Source of the DNA: an uncultured Fibrobacterales bacterium
GTDB taxonomy: Bacteria; Fibrobacterota; Fibrobacteria; Fibrobacterales; CAWVXU01
Assembly: GCA_963934255.1 (NCBI GenBank)
Contig: CAWVXU010000042.1
Location: 1-21,868 of the forward strand
Direction of reading: 5' to 3'
DNA: 21,868 nucleotides
In this document: piece by piece, positions 1-9,076 of the stretch
Layout of the letters: each line of letters begins with the position of its first letter
Numbering within the stretch: position 1 is the first letter of the stretch
Program-made: the position numbers and the translations under genes
The notes under the pieces: generated by a model
Seen by the model: the letters and a program-made list of their open reading frames with translations, nothing else
Told to the model about the DNA's origin: nothing
Databases searched by the model: none

Positions 1-32
1 TCGCGAATAATTATGAGCGCAAAGGTTTAAGT

Positions 33-3000
33 ATGTATATAAACAAAATGAAATGGATGATTCTCGCTGCGGGAATACTTGCAAGTAGCCTATTTGCTGC
101 CCCTCATCCAATGTCGGGTAAAACAATCAAGTTTTTCAACCATTGGAATCATGACGGTAACCCTTCCACAGACAAAATAACTCCTAATATTGGTGGAGGG
201 TTGGGTAACTGGGGTAACGGCATCGCAATGACTAAGGTAGACGATGATTGGTGGACCTATACTTTCCCAACGATTGGCGAATGGGGTGCTACTGACTTTA
301 GTATTCAAATCAAAGGTCCTGATCAAGGTTTTTTAGGCAATATTGGAGTGGGTTCTACTGCAGCTGATTTTGCGGGTGCTGATGTAATATATGCAGGGTG
401 GGACCCGATTTCTAAGAAGTTGGAGTTTTCTGTCAACCTACCTAAAGAGTTACATTTCCTCAACCCTTGGCCTACATCTGGACCGGCACTTTCTATTGAT
501 GGTAGTGCGCCTACGGCCATGTATATTAACAAAGAATACTGTGGTTGGTACATTTACCGTATTTTTGGTGATGGACAATTTGAAGCTTCATTCTCAGATA
601 TTAATTACGGTGATGCTTTTGGTCTTAGGGGCTTAGATGATGCGACACCTATTGATCTCAAACTTCATTTCTCCAATAACAACAAAGCTTATATCACCCC
701 GCGTCCACTTCCAACAGGTATACCTGAAGTCACTAATGCATACCCAGTAGATAATCCTCTGGGTGAATGTTTTTATAAAATGGCTGCAATTGTGCGCGAT
801 TTCTCAAACAAACACCCCAATTTTGAGGGAAGTACTACACCAGGTGACCAAGGAGAGCAAGGTTGTGGTGGAGCAAACGCTCGCTTAGGTATGGTAGAAC
901 CAACAATTTTCATTTCGCCAGAAGATGGATCTAGAAAACCCAAAGCAACAGCATATGGCATAGGAGAGTGTAATAACTCTGAGTTTGACACTTGGTTTGT
1001 TGATCACACTGACCCAGTCAACAAGTATCTAAGTAATCGCAAAACTTGTGTAGATCTTGAAATGAGTAAAACGACTGATGGCCTTTGGGAGATTGACTCT
1101 CGTAAATCTGATGACATGGGGTTCTGGCCAATTGATGGCTTTTATGTAAATGATGAGGCTGAGACACTCAATGGTGCTTTCTATCAGCCCGATCCTCACA
1201 TCCTTATTCAAAACCTAGGTCAGCATAATTTTCACTTTTGTTTAGAGACACATGCTAAATTCAAATACAGACCAGGCCAGGTTTTCTCTTTTGCTGGTGA
1301 TGATGATGTTTGGGTATTTATCAATGATAAGCTTGTTGTTGATTTAGGTGGTCTTCACTTCGCTCTGTCAGCGGATGTTAAATTAGATGATCTCGGCTTA
1401 ACAGAAGGCGAAGAATATGATTTTGATTTCTTTTTGTGTGAACGCCAAGGAACTGGATCCAACCTCAAAATCAAAACAACTATTTTCTTTGAACAACTGA
1501 AAGGCCTTTTCACTACTAAAACTGGTGAAGATGCTGCAGGCAACCCGATCTATAAAGTTTCAAAAGTTGAAGATTCAGGCGAAGGTGGTAATTGTGCCTC
1601 TCTAGAGACAAGTGGCCCTACAATTATCGAAACCCCCGACCTAGTATTCAATTTGGTGGGTAACAACGACTTCGATGAAATATTGGCTCCAGGGCAGATC
1701 CACTACGGTGGAATTAATATACCTGATGCCAATTCATACTCGATCAGCATAGAAGCTCTTAAAAATCTAAATCCGGGCACTTATCAACTCATTATCGAAG
1801 ATGCCAATCAACCTTCTATTAAATATGTAGTAAAAATCACCATACCGGGTAATCTCTCAATTCAAAATACTGAAGCAACTGCTGGACTTGCAGGTGCTGA
1901 GCCGGTTGCTGTGATCGTTCAAAATGAACGTGATGGCACTGTTATACAAGGGTCCGAGACTTACAGTATCAGCTTTGGTTCAGGCCTAACAGTTTTTGAG
2001 GACGCAGCAATGACCATACCGGCAGACCTTGCTAATCTAGCACTCTCTGCAACTGGCCTTGACACAATCTATGTGTGGACCGATAGATCCTTAGCAGAAA
2101 CCACAATCTTCACAGTCTCAGTGCTCGGTGGTGTGGGTGACGCTAAAGAGGTGACATTTGAAGTGCCTCAAGTACGATTTGTTGACGCGTTTGATGTTCC
2201 TTTAACAGAATTTAATTTGGGTGAATACACTTTTCTGCCAAATGGAGTGAGAGCGGAGTTATTCTATAGTGGTGGAACATGTATTGTTTGTGCCGGAGAT
2301 ACAATTCGCTTTTCACATGCTGATTCACTCAAGTTTAACTTTAAAGAAACTGAGCAAGGAGTGAACGTTGATTTTCTTACGGTGAACGAGAAAGGCTTTG
2401 TCGAATTCTATGTCGTGAGCTTAGACACGGTAACTGATGCAAGCTTTACTATTACTGGAGTGTCACCATTTACAACAGCGACTTATGAAAATATCACGCT
2501 TAAAAATCCTCCGGTTCCTTTAATTGAGCTTGCTATCATTTCCGATGAAAATGGAGACGGTATACCTGATAGAATTTCAGCGAGATACAACAAGTCAATC
2601 AGAGCTGAAATGCCTGAAAGCCTTTCGTATTTCTGGCCAGATACAACAAGTCTATCTGTCATTGCACCAGCCGACATCAGTGGATTTTTAATAGGTGACT
2701 CTACGCTTATTTTTGATGGTGACGTAGTGGACTCGATAATTACATTCGGGCAAGGGGTGATAACTTCAACATATACCTTTGAGGGTATTGAGTTCAAAAT
2801 CCCATTTGATATTGTAGATGGTATTGCTCCTGTGGTTGCCTCTGCAACACTCTATATTCAAGCTAGTCAAGATATTGTGGCCGTGACGTTCTCCGAACCT
2901 ATGAATAGAGTGATTGATAGTTCAGTTGTGATTTGGTATGACTTTATCAAATCACGCAACACTTTATTAGGTCCAGTTAATTTAGATAGCCGTAAAAATC

Positions 3001-3680
3001 CAATATCAACAGATGGTATGGTGAGTATCATTACTTTTGACCCAACAGTTGATGTTGATGAAAGAGCTGTCGTAGGTGACTCAGTCCGACTTTCCTTTGT
3101 TCCAGGCGAGGGCTCTTTGGTTGATCTAGAAGGTAACACGCCCGCGGATAATGGTATGTTTGTTCCGATAACTGGTGAGCTCAGAATAGAGCTTGCAACT
3201 TATGGTGACGTCATTTCTAAAAATCCTAAAAAAGAGAAAAAGGGTAAAATTACGGTTTCGTCTATTCCACTTGGTTCTGAAATAAATGATATTGTTGCCA
3301 TCAAAGGAAATGCAGGTGTGATTATTCCATTTGCTGCTCTTCAATCTTTCCTAGACGAGGCAGGAAATTATGATGTACGCCTACAGATTGAAACCAATAT
3401 TTTCACTAACCTTGGTGGTTTTGTTAAAAACAAAAACATCACGATTGACTGTAATGACCCAGAAATATTCAATGGAAATTGTCGTAAAGGCTCTAATCAA
3501 AAAGACATATTTGTGGAGTGGAATTACCGAGATAATAATGACAGAGTAGTAGGCTCTGGCGTGTACATCGTTCAAACGGTTGTAAAAATAGACCGCCGTG
3601 TTAGAGGTGCCACTGGCAGCTGGGATAATCGCAAAACTATTGATCAATATGAAAAACGCGGATTTTTCCGAACTAAATAA
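33..3680 (+). CDS. Secreted fibro-slime domain (PA14-related) protein, probable surface adhesin or carbohydrate-binding protein
   Basis: 1215-aa ORF with an N-terminal signal peptide (KMKWMILAAGILASSLFA). Fibro-slime signature HNFHFCLETHAKFKYRPGQVFSFAGDDDVWVFINDKLVVDLGGLH...FDFFLCERQ at about nt 1224-1450, preceded by IVRDF...HPNFE. Beta-rich acidic middle region. C-terminal IFTNLGGFV...WNYRDNNDRVVGSGVYIVQ domain. Confidence 0.85.
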   Translation: MYINKMKWMILAAGILASSLFAAPHPMSGKTIKFFNHWNHDGNPSTDKITPNIGGGLGNWGNGIAMTKVDDDWWTYTFPTIGEWGATDFSIQIKGPDQGFLGNIGVGSTAADFAGADVIYAGWDPISKKLEFSVNLPKELHFLNPWPTSGPALSIDGSAPTAMYINKEYCGWYIYRIFGDGQFEASFSDINYGDAFGLRGLDDATPIDLKLHFSNNNKAYITPRPLPTGIPEVTNAYPVDNPLGECFYKMAAIVRDFSNKHPNFEGSTTPGDQGEQGCGGANARLGMVEPTIFISPEDGSRKPKATAYGIGECNNSEFDTWFVDHTDPVNKYLSNRKTCVDLEMSKTTDGLWEIDSRKSDDMGFWPIDGFYVNDEAETLNGAFYQPDPHILIQNLGQHNFHFCLETHAKFKYRPGQVFSFAGDDDVWVFINDKLVVDLGGLHFALSADVKLDDLGLTEGEEYDFDFFLCERQGTGSNLKIKTTIFFEQLKGLFTTKTGEDAAGNPIYKVSKVEDSGEGGNCASLETSGPTIIETPDLVFNLVGNNDFDEILAPGQIHYGGINIPDANSYSISIEALKNLNPGTYQLIIEDANQPSIKYVVKITIPGNLSIQNTEATAGLAGAEPVAVIVQNERDGTVIQGSETYSISFGSGLTVFEDAAMTIPADLANLALSATGLDTIYVWTDRSLAETTIFTVSVLGGVGDAKEVTFEVPQVRFVDAFDVPLTEFNLGEYTFLPNGVRAELFYSGGTCIVCAGDTIRFSHADSLKFNFKETEQGVNVDFLTVNEKGFVEFYVVSLDTVTDASFTITGVSPFTTATYENITLKNPPVPLIELAIISDENGDGIPDRISARYNKSIRAEMPESLSYFWPDTTSLSVIAPADISGFLIGDSTLIFDGDVVDSIITFGQGVITSTYTFEGIEFKIPFDIVDGIAPVVASATLYIQASQDIVAVTFSEPMNRVIDSSVVIWYDFIKSRNTLLGPVNLDSRKNPISTDGMVSIITFDPTVDVDERAVVGDSVRLSFVPGEGSLVDLEGNTPADNGMFVPITGELRIELATYGDVISKNPKKEKKGKITVSSIPLGSEINDIVAIKGNAGVIIPFAALQSFLDEAGNYDVRLQIETNIFTNLGGFVKNKNITIDCNDPEIFNGNCRKGSNQKDIFVEWNYRDNNDRVVGSGVYIVQTVVKIDRRVRGATGSWDNRKTIDQYEKRGFFRTK

Positions 3681-3704
3681 GGTGAAATTCAATTAAACAA
3701 GACT

Positions 3705-3740
3705 AAAAGGAAGTCCTGATGAATTCGGAGCTTCCTTTTT
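3705..3740 (+). terminator. Rho-independent terminator after the fibro-slime gene
   Basis: AAAAGGAAG-TCC...GGA-G-CTTCCTTTTT stem-loop with T tract, 25 nt after the stop codon. Confidence 0.75.
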
Positions 3741-3775
3741 CTTATATTATCTGTGAATTTTAAATTGGATGTTTT

Positions 3776-5272
3776 ATGAAAGTACTATTTCTAAACCCGC
3801 CTTTTCACCCACTATTTTCTAGAGAATCTAGAAGTCCTAGTGTCACTAAGTCTAGTACACTCTATTGGCCCATGTTTTTGGCTTATTGCGCTGGCTTTGT
3901 CGAGGCTGATGACAATGAAATCGACCTCATTGATAGTCCTGCTATGGTTCTAGATCTCGACCAGACGATTGCTAAGATTGCTGAGTTTGGCCCAGAGCTT
4001 ATCGTAATGAATACATCAACACCTTCTATTTTAAATGACTTCAAAGTCGCCGAGCGTATCAAAAATGACCTAGGTACACCTGTTGCTATTATGGGGACCC
4101 ATGCTACTGCTGAAGCGGTTGAATCCCTCGAGATGTGCTCGGCTGTTGACTTTGTAATCTCTGGTGAAGCTGAGCTTCCAACTAGGGCACTTGTGAGGTC
4201 ACTTCGTGGTGATCACGTAGACTCTATTGAAGACATACCTGGGATGAGCCTTCGTACCTCAAGCGGCATCAAGAAAAACCCTGAGGGTCCTAAGATTGAA
4301 GACATCAACACTATCCCTTGGGTGTCCAAAGTCTATGTTAAATTTTTAAAAGATTGTTATCGACAGTATTTCTATGGTGCCAATCTCAACCCGTTGATTG
4401 TTATTTTGAGTGGAAGAGGCTGTCCATTTAGATGTACATATTGTGTAATTCCGCAAACTATCACTGGACATACTTTCCGTAAACGCGACCCCAAAGATGT
4501 TGTTGATGAGATGGAATACATCTATCAGAGTTTTGATGAAATTGGTGAAATCTTCTTTGAAGACGATACTTTTACAGCAGAGCATAAACACGTCAAATCA
4601 ATTTGTGAAGAAATCCAAAAACGCCCGACCAAGATGACTTTCTCAGCCAATGCACGCGCTGATGTTCAAGGTGTATTACTTGATGAAATGAAAGCTGCGG
4701 GTTGTCGTGAACTTTGTGTGGGCTTTGAATCAGCGTCCAAAGAGGTTCTTAAAAATGTCAAGAAAGCGCTTAAATCAGGCAATTCTGAACGCTTTATGGC
4801 TGATGCCAAAAAATCAGGTATTCTGATCCATGGCTGTTTCATGGTTGGCAACCCTGGTGATACCCCTGAAACGCTCAAACAAACTTTAGCCTTTGCCAAA
4901 GAACTTAGCCCCAACACGGCGCAATTTTACCCGATTATGGCATATCCTGGAACTAAGGCATATGAGCAGCTTAAAGATGATGGCCGTTTGACCACAACAA
5001 ACTATGGTGAATGGCTAGACAATGAAGGTCATCATAATACGACTGTGACTACTGAAAATTTATCATCCCAAGATCTAGTGAATTTTTGTGATCAAGCGCG
5101 TCGTGAATTTTACCTTCGCCCAGGCTATATAATCACCCAGGGCATTATGGCTTTAAAAAACCCTAAGGAGCGTTATCGTGTATTTAGAGGTTTCGGTACA
5201 TTAGTCAAGCATCTGTTTAGAAAGCATGGTGACACTGATGGTAATCTTGAGAAATCAGAAGTCGTTAAGTGA
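3776..5272 (+). CDS. Cobalamin(B12)-binding domain radical SAM protein (class B-like, HpnJ/BchE-related fold), substrate unknown
   Basis: N-terminal MKVLFLNPP...WPMFLAYCAG B12-binding Rossmann region, GTHAT and SGEAE motifs, SGRGCPFRCTYC (CxxxCxxC, nt 4421-4444), FFEDDTF, VGFES, GCFMVGNPGDT, YPGT. Confidence 0.88.
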   Translation: MKVLFLNPPFHPLFSRESRSPSVTKSSTLYWPMFLAYCAGFVEADDNEIDLIDSPAMVLDLDQTIAKIAEFGPELIVMNTSTPSILNDFKVAERIKNDLGTPVAIMGTHATAEAVESLEMCSAVDFVISGEAELPTRALVRSLRGDHVDSIEDIPGMSLRTSSGIKKNPEGPKIEDINTIPWVSKVYVKFLKDCYRQYFYGANLNPLIVILSGRGCPFRCTYCVIPQTITGHTFRKRDPKDVVDEMEYIYQSFDEIGEIFFEDDTFTAEHKHVKSICEEIQKRPTKMTFSANARADVQGVLLDEMKAAGCRELCVGFESASKEVLKNVKKALKSGNSERFMADAKKSGILIHGCFMVGNPGDTPETLKQTLAFAKELSPNTAQFYPIMAYPGTKAYEQLKDDGRLTTTNYGEWLDNEGHHNTTVTTENLSSQDLVNFCDQARREFYLRPGYIITQGIMALKNPKERYRVFRGFGTLVKHLFRKHGDTDGNLEKSEVVK

Positions 5273-5898
5273 AAATAGGGGTTTTTGTTTCAGGTGGTGG
5301 TTCAAACTTTACTAAGATTCACGAGAAAATCTTAAGTTCAAACCTCCATGTCGAAGTTGAATTTTTACTCACGAATAATTCAAAGTGTGGTGGTGCCGCC
5401 TATGCTCGCTTGCAAGGGATTGAAGTCAAGCATGTCTCATCAAAAACTCACTCTGAAGCCAGCGCTTATAACCAAGCCGTACTTGATGCGTGTGAGGGGG
5501 TTGATTTGATTATACTAGCTGGTTTTATGAAGAAACTACCAGGTGAGCTAATCAGTAAATTTAAGGATAAGATTGTAAACATTCATCCTGCACTTTTGCC
5601 TTCTTTTGGCGGCCATGGCTTTTATGGCTCTAAGGTTCATGAAGCCGTTTTTAAAGCAGGTGTTCGCATCAGTGGAATGACTATTCATTTCGTCAATGAA
5701 GTTTATGATACAGGTGATATTATCTATCAAGATAGTGTGCAAATATCTGGCGAGGATTCACCCGCTGATATAGGCGCTAAAGTTTTAAAATTAGAACACC
5801 ATCACTTTTGGCAAGTTGTCCAAGGGATAAGCTTAGGGAAGTTAAGCCGCAACACCGATGGTCGAGTGGTGTATCAGCATCTTCATCAAGCTCTTTAA
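5269..5898 (+). CDS. purN: Phosphoribosylglycinamide formyltransferase
   Basis: VFVSGGGSNF, LAGFMKKL, NIHPALLPSFGG, SGMTIHFVNEVYDTGDII motifs. The GTG start overlaps the upstream TGA stop (GTGA). Confidence 0.93.
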   Translation: MKIGVFVSGGGSNFTKIHEKILSSNLHVEVEFLLTNNSKCGGAAYARLQGIEVKHVSSKTHSEASAYNQAVLDACEGVDLIILAGFMKKLPGELISKFKDKIVNIHPALLPSFGGHGFYGSKVHEAVFKAGVRISGMTIHFVNEVYDTGDIIYQDSVQISGEDSPADIGAKVLKLEHHHFWQVVQGISLGKLSRNTDGRVVYQHLHQAL

Positions 5899-5904
5899 TA
5901 TCTC

Positions 5905-6723
5905 ATGCGAAATTATCTCAAATTAGAATCGCCTACTGATTTAAAAATTGAAGACTTTGTTGAATCAAAGTTTCCGGCTAAATTTTTCTATAAAATAATA
6001 AGCCCCGTTTTGACCCAAGTTGACTTTGATCAATCTCATGATGAAAAATATTGGATTGTGGGTATTGATGAGGCTGGGAGAGGCCCTGTAGCAGGTCCAG
6101 TGACCGCCGGTGCTTGCATGCTGTCGAGTTCAGTGTTAGGTGAACCTCAATTTTCTCTCTTAAATGATTCCAAAAAACTCAATGAGAAAAGACGCGAAGA
6201 GCTTTATCCACTTGTAAAAAATTCCGCGCTTGCATGGGGGACAGCTACATGTTCACCCCAAGAAATAGATGAACATAATATATTGGGTGCCACTTTTATT
6301 GCTATGAAACGAGCCTTAAAAGTATGCTTAGATTCAATGCTCGCCCAAGCCAATGTTCAATCCAATAATTGTGAAGCTCAAATCAAACCTGTATTATTAC
6401 TAGTTGATGGGAATCAATTTATTAGAGGGCTTGAAACTGAGTTTAACGAAATTTACCCGACACTCAAAATTTATCAATGTCCGGTCATCCAAGGCGACGG
6501 GCATTTTGCTTTGATTTCAGCAGCGAGTATATTAGCTAAAGTAGAACGCGATCACGACATGTATGCACTTGCCAAACAATACCCTGAATATGATTTAGAA
6601 GCCAACAAGGGCTATCCTAGCCCTAAACATATTGAGGCTATTAAGGCGCACGGAAGAAGCTCTATTCATCGAAAGACATTTCACATGAAAGCACTAGATG
6701 AACCTGATTTATTCAATGGATAA
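5905..6723 (+). CDS. rnhB: Ribonuclease HII
   Basis: GIDEAGRGPVAGPV, NDSKKL, IDEHNILGAT, LVDGN, GD...ISAASILAKVERD, NKGYPS, IHRKTF motifs. Start position uncertain because of an N-terminal extension. Confidence 0.93.
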   Translation: MRNYLKLESPTDLKIEDFVESKFPAKFFYKIISPVLTQVDFDQSHDEKYWIVGIDEAGRGPVAGPVTAGACMLSSSVLGEPQFSLLNDSKKLNEKRREELYPLVKNSALAWGTATCSPQEIDEHNILGATFIAMKRALKVCLDSMLAQANVQSNNCEAQIKPVLLLVDGNQFIRGLETEFNEIYPTLKIYQCPVIQGDGHFALISAASILAKVERDHDMYALAKQYPEYDLEANKGYPSPKHIEAIKAHGRSSIHRKTFHMKALDEPDLFNG

Positions 6724-6746
6724 ATGAGTGTAAAACGAACAGTATT

Positions 6747-7526
6747 TTAAATTTGAGCAGCAAGTAATCCCTCTAAATATCCCAGTGTGAAAATAGGTGC
6801 TGTTATAGCTCGAAGCCTTTTGTCACCCAATTTTAAGCTGAGTGAGTGAGGTAATCCTAAAATTGATTGAATCTCGTCGTCGGATAACCCACCTTCAGGT
6901 CCAAACCACAGATTGGCACCTTGGCTGCCAACGATGTTAAGTATTTCCTTTGGAAGTGCAGTTTGTCCGTGAAGGTCTAAAACAATTTGAGCTGGAATTG
7001 GAAATTCCTGGGAGCTTATTTTTAATTCTTGGACAATGGTTTCAAGGCTTTGTGGCTGAAGTATTTTTGTGAGCCAAAGAGATTTACTTTGCTTAAGTGC
7101 TACGATTGATTTGGCCTCAAGTCGTTGAAGTAATTTGGTGTGATCATGACTCGGACTTTCTTGAGTGTGCTGAGTCCAGATAGCTTGGATGGAGCTTGGG
7201 TTCCACTGACTACAAGTATCTACGACTTCTTCAAGGTCTCGACCTTTAAGAAAACCAATTTTAATATGAAAACCCTCGGGTTGAGCGTCGGTTTTTAAAG
7301 TTTCGAGAATCTCTATTTGATTCGTGCGCTTATCAAAGTCGACTAATTTGGCCTTGAGTAGACGACCACAACCATCGGTGAGTTGAAATTCGGCACCCTT
7401 TTGGGCTCGAAAGACCTTAGTTAGGTGTAAAATTTCGTCTTGCTCAATTGACACCATAGCCCCCACATCCAGGGTTTTAATGAGCTTTGAGTAAAAAAAA
7501 GTCTCTTCTAAGCGATTTTTCTGCAA
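6747..7526 (-). CDS. rsmE: 16S rRNA m3U1498 methyltransferase (SPOUT family)
   Basis: HLTKVFRA...LTDGCG at the N-terminus and FGPEGGLSDDEI...LKLGDKRLRAITAP SPOUT motif at the C-terminus. Divergent sequence, TTG start uncertain. Confidence 0.82.
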   Translation of the reverse strand: MQKNRLEETFFYSKLIKTLDVGAMVSIEQDEILHLTKVFRAQKGAEFQLTDGCGRLLKAKLVDFDKRTNQIEILETLKTDAQPEGFHIKIGFLKGRDLEEVVDTCSQWNPSSIQAIWTQHTQESPSHDHTKLLQRLEAKSIVALKQSKSLWLTKILQPQSLETIVQELKISSQEFPIPAQIVLDLHGQTALPKEILNIVGSQGANLWFGPEGGLSDDEIQSILGLPHSLSLKLGDKRLRAITAPIFTLGYLEGLLAAQI

Positions 7527-7618
7527 AATAATGTTACAATCTGTTGAAGCACGACTAAAAAACTCCTAGGTTTTTGGAGTTTATTTAGTTTAAAGTCAAA
7601 CAAAAATTAGAAGATTAA

Positions 7619-9073
7619 GTGGTGATGAGTAGTATGTTTTCAAAATTCTTTTTAATTGCAGCAATTTTATTGTTAGGTCCAGCGAGTCTTTTTGCCTCAG
7701 CTGATGGTGGTCATGGTGTCCATTTAGATGGCGCTCATGTGAGTTTATTATGGTGTATTCCTTTTGCTGGGATTTTACTGTCTATTGCTCTCATGCCTTT
7801 GGTCGTTCCACACTTTTGGCATCATAACTATGGTAAAGTCTCCATTTTTTGGGGAGGCTTATTTTTTGCCAGCTTTCTCATAGGATTTGGACCTTCGGTT
7901 TCGTTCTTTTATTTGGCTGAAGTCTACCTAGGTGAGTTTATTCCCTTCATTGTGATGCTTCTCGCCTTGTTCACGGTATCCGGTGGTGTGCGGATTACTG
8001 GTTCTTTGGTCGGTACACCTAGATTTAATACGACGATCCTTCTCATCGGCACTATTCTAGCTTCATGGATGGGGACAACGGGCGCTGCTATGCTTCTTAT
8101 TCGTCCATTGATTCGCGCTAACAGATGGCGTCACAAAAAGGTCCACATCGTCGTTTTCTTCATCTTCCTAGTTGCTAACATTGGTGGTTCCCTTACTCCA
8201 CTAGGAGATCCACCACTCTTCTTAGGCTTCCTCAAAGGTGTCTCATTCTTCTGGCCTATGGAAGCAATGTGGAAGCCCATGCTTGTGGCTTCAAGTATTT
8301 TACTTGTGGTTTTCTTTATTGTTGATACTATTTTATTTAAGAAAGAGACGATGCCTACTTCAAATGAAGACGCTATTGCCATTGGGATTGACGGCAAAGT
8401 CAACCTCCTCCTCCTTCCTCTTATTATAGGTGCGGTAGTTCTTTCAGGTGTATGGAAATCAGATCTGACTAACCCAGCTGATGTTGCTATCACTCTGTTT
8501 GACACACCTATGATGACTTGGGGTATTCTCGTCCAAATTATTCTACTCCTTATTATCACTGGAGTTTCAATCGCATTAACACCTGATGAGGCTAGAAAAG
8601 GTAATGACTTTACTTGGGAGCCAATCCTAGAAGTAGGAAAGCTCTTTGCTACGATATTTATCACAATGGTTCCTGCTATTGCCATCCTCAAAGCGGGCAC
8701 ATCTGGCGCTCTTGAACCCATCATTAGTCTGGTGACTGACTCTGATGGCAATGCTGTCAATAGTATGTATTTTTGGTGTACAGGTATGCTTTCAAGCTTC
8801 CTAGATAATGCTCCGACTTATGTAGTGTTCTTTAATACGGCCGGTGGTGACGCTGCTAGCTTAATGACGGAACAATTCACAACGCTTCTGGCGATTTCAG
8901 CCGGTGCTGTATTTATGGGGGCTAACACTTATATTGGTAATGCACCCAACTTCATGGTGAAGTCGATTGCTGAAGAAAATGACATCGCAATGCCATCGTT
9001 CTTTGGTTATATGATTTGGAGTTTTGGAATTTTGATACCTCTCTTTGTTATTATATCATTAATATTCTTTTAA
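7619..9073 (+). CDS. Ion transporter (IT) superfamily membrane protein, putative Na+/H+ antiporter or CitMHS-like transporter
   Basis: More than 12 hydrophobic segments. Motifs ASWMGTTGAAMLLIRP, VANIGGSLTPLGDPPLFLGFLKGV, SSFLDNAPTY, GANTYIGNAPNFMVK. The real start may be ATG 7625 or 7634. Confidence 0.85.
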   Translation: MVMSSMFSKFFLIAAILLLGPASLFASADGGHGVHLDGAHVSLLWCIPFAGILLSIALMPLVVPHFWHHNYGKVSIFWGGLFFASFLIGFGPSVSFFYLAEVYLGEFIPFIVMLLALFTVSGGVRITGSLVGTPRFNTTILLIGTILASWMGTTGAAMLLIRPLIRANRWRHKKVHIVVFFIFLVANIGGSLTPLGDPPLFLGFLKGVSFFWPMEAMWKPMLVASSILLVVFFIVDTILFKKETMPTSNEDAIAIGIDGKVNLLLLPLIIGAVVLSGVWKSDLTNPADVAITLFDTPMMTWGILVQIILLLIITGVSIALTPDEARKGNDFTWEPILEVGKLFATIFITMVPAIAILKAGTSGALEPIISLVTDSDGNAVNSMYFWCTGMLSSFLDNAPTYVVFFNTAGGDAASLMTEQFTTLLAISAGAVFMGANTYIGNAPNFMVKSIAEENDIAMPSFFGYMIWSFGILIPLFVIISLIFF

Positions 9074-9076
9074 GCT

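Noticed and set aside
90..3692. Many short (60-104 aa) alternative-frame ORFs within the fibro-slime gene, and similar ones in other long genes
   Set aside because: They are nested in or antisense to well-supported CDSs, with no motifs or ribosome-binding sites.
3681..3726. Hammerhead-ribozyme-like elements: GAAA ... GACT-loop-AGTC stem followed by CTGATGA
   Set aside because: There is no stem III and no UH cleavage site before the GACT stem, and stem II is negligible. The sequence is better explained by the overlapping intrinsic terminator.
8131..8760. 209-aa antisense ORF inside the antiporter gene
   Set aside because: It is a shadow of a hydrophobic, well-conserved sense gene, has no recognisable motif and is fully nested.
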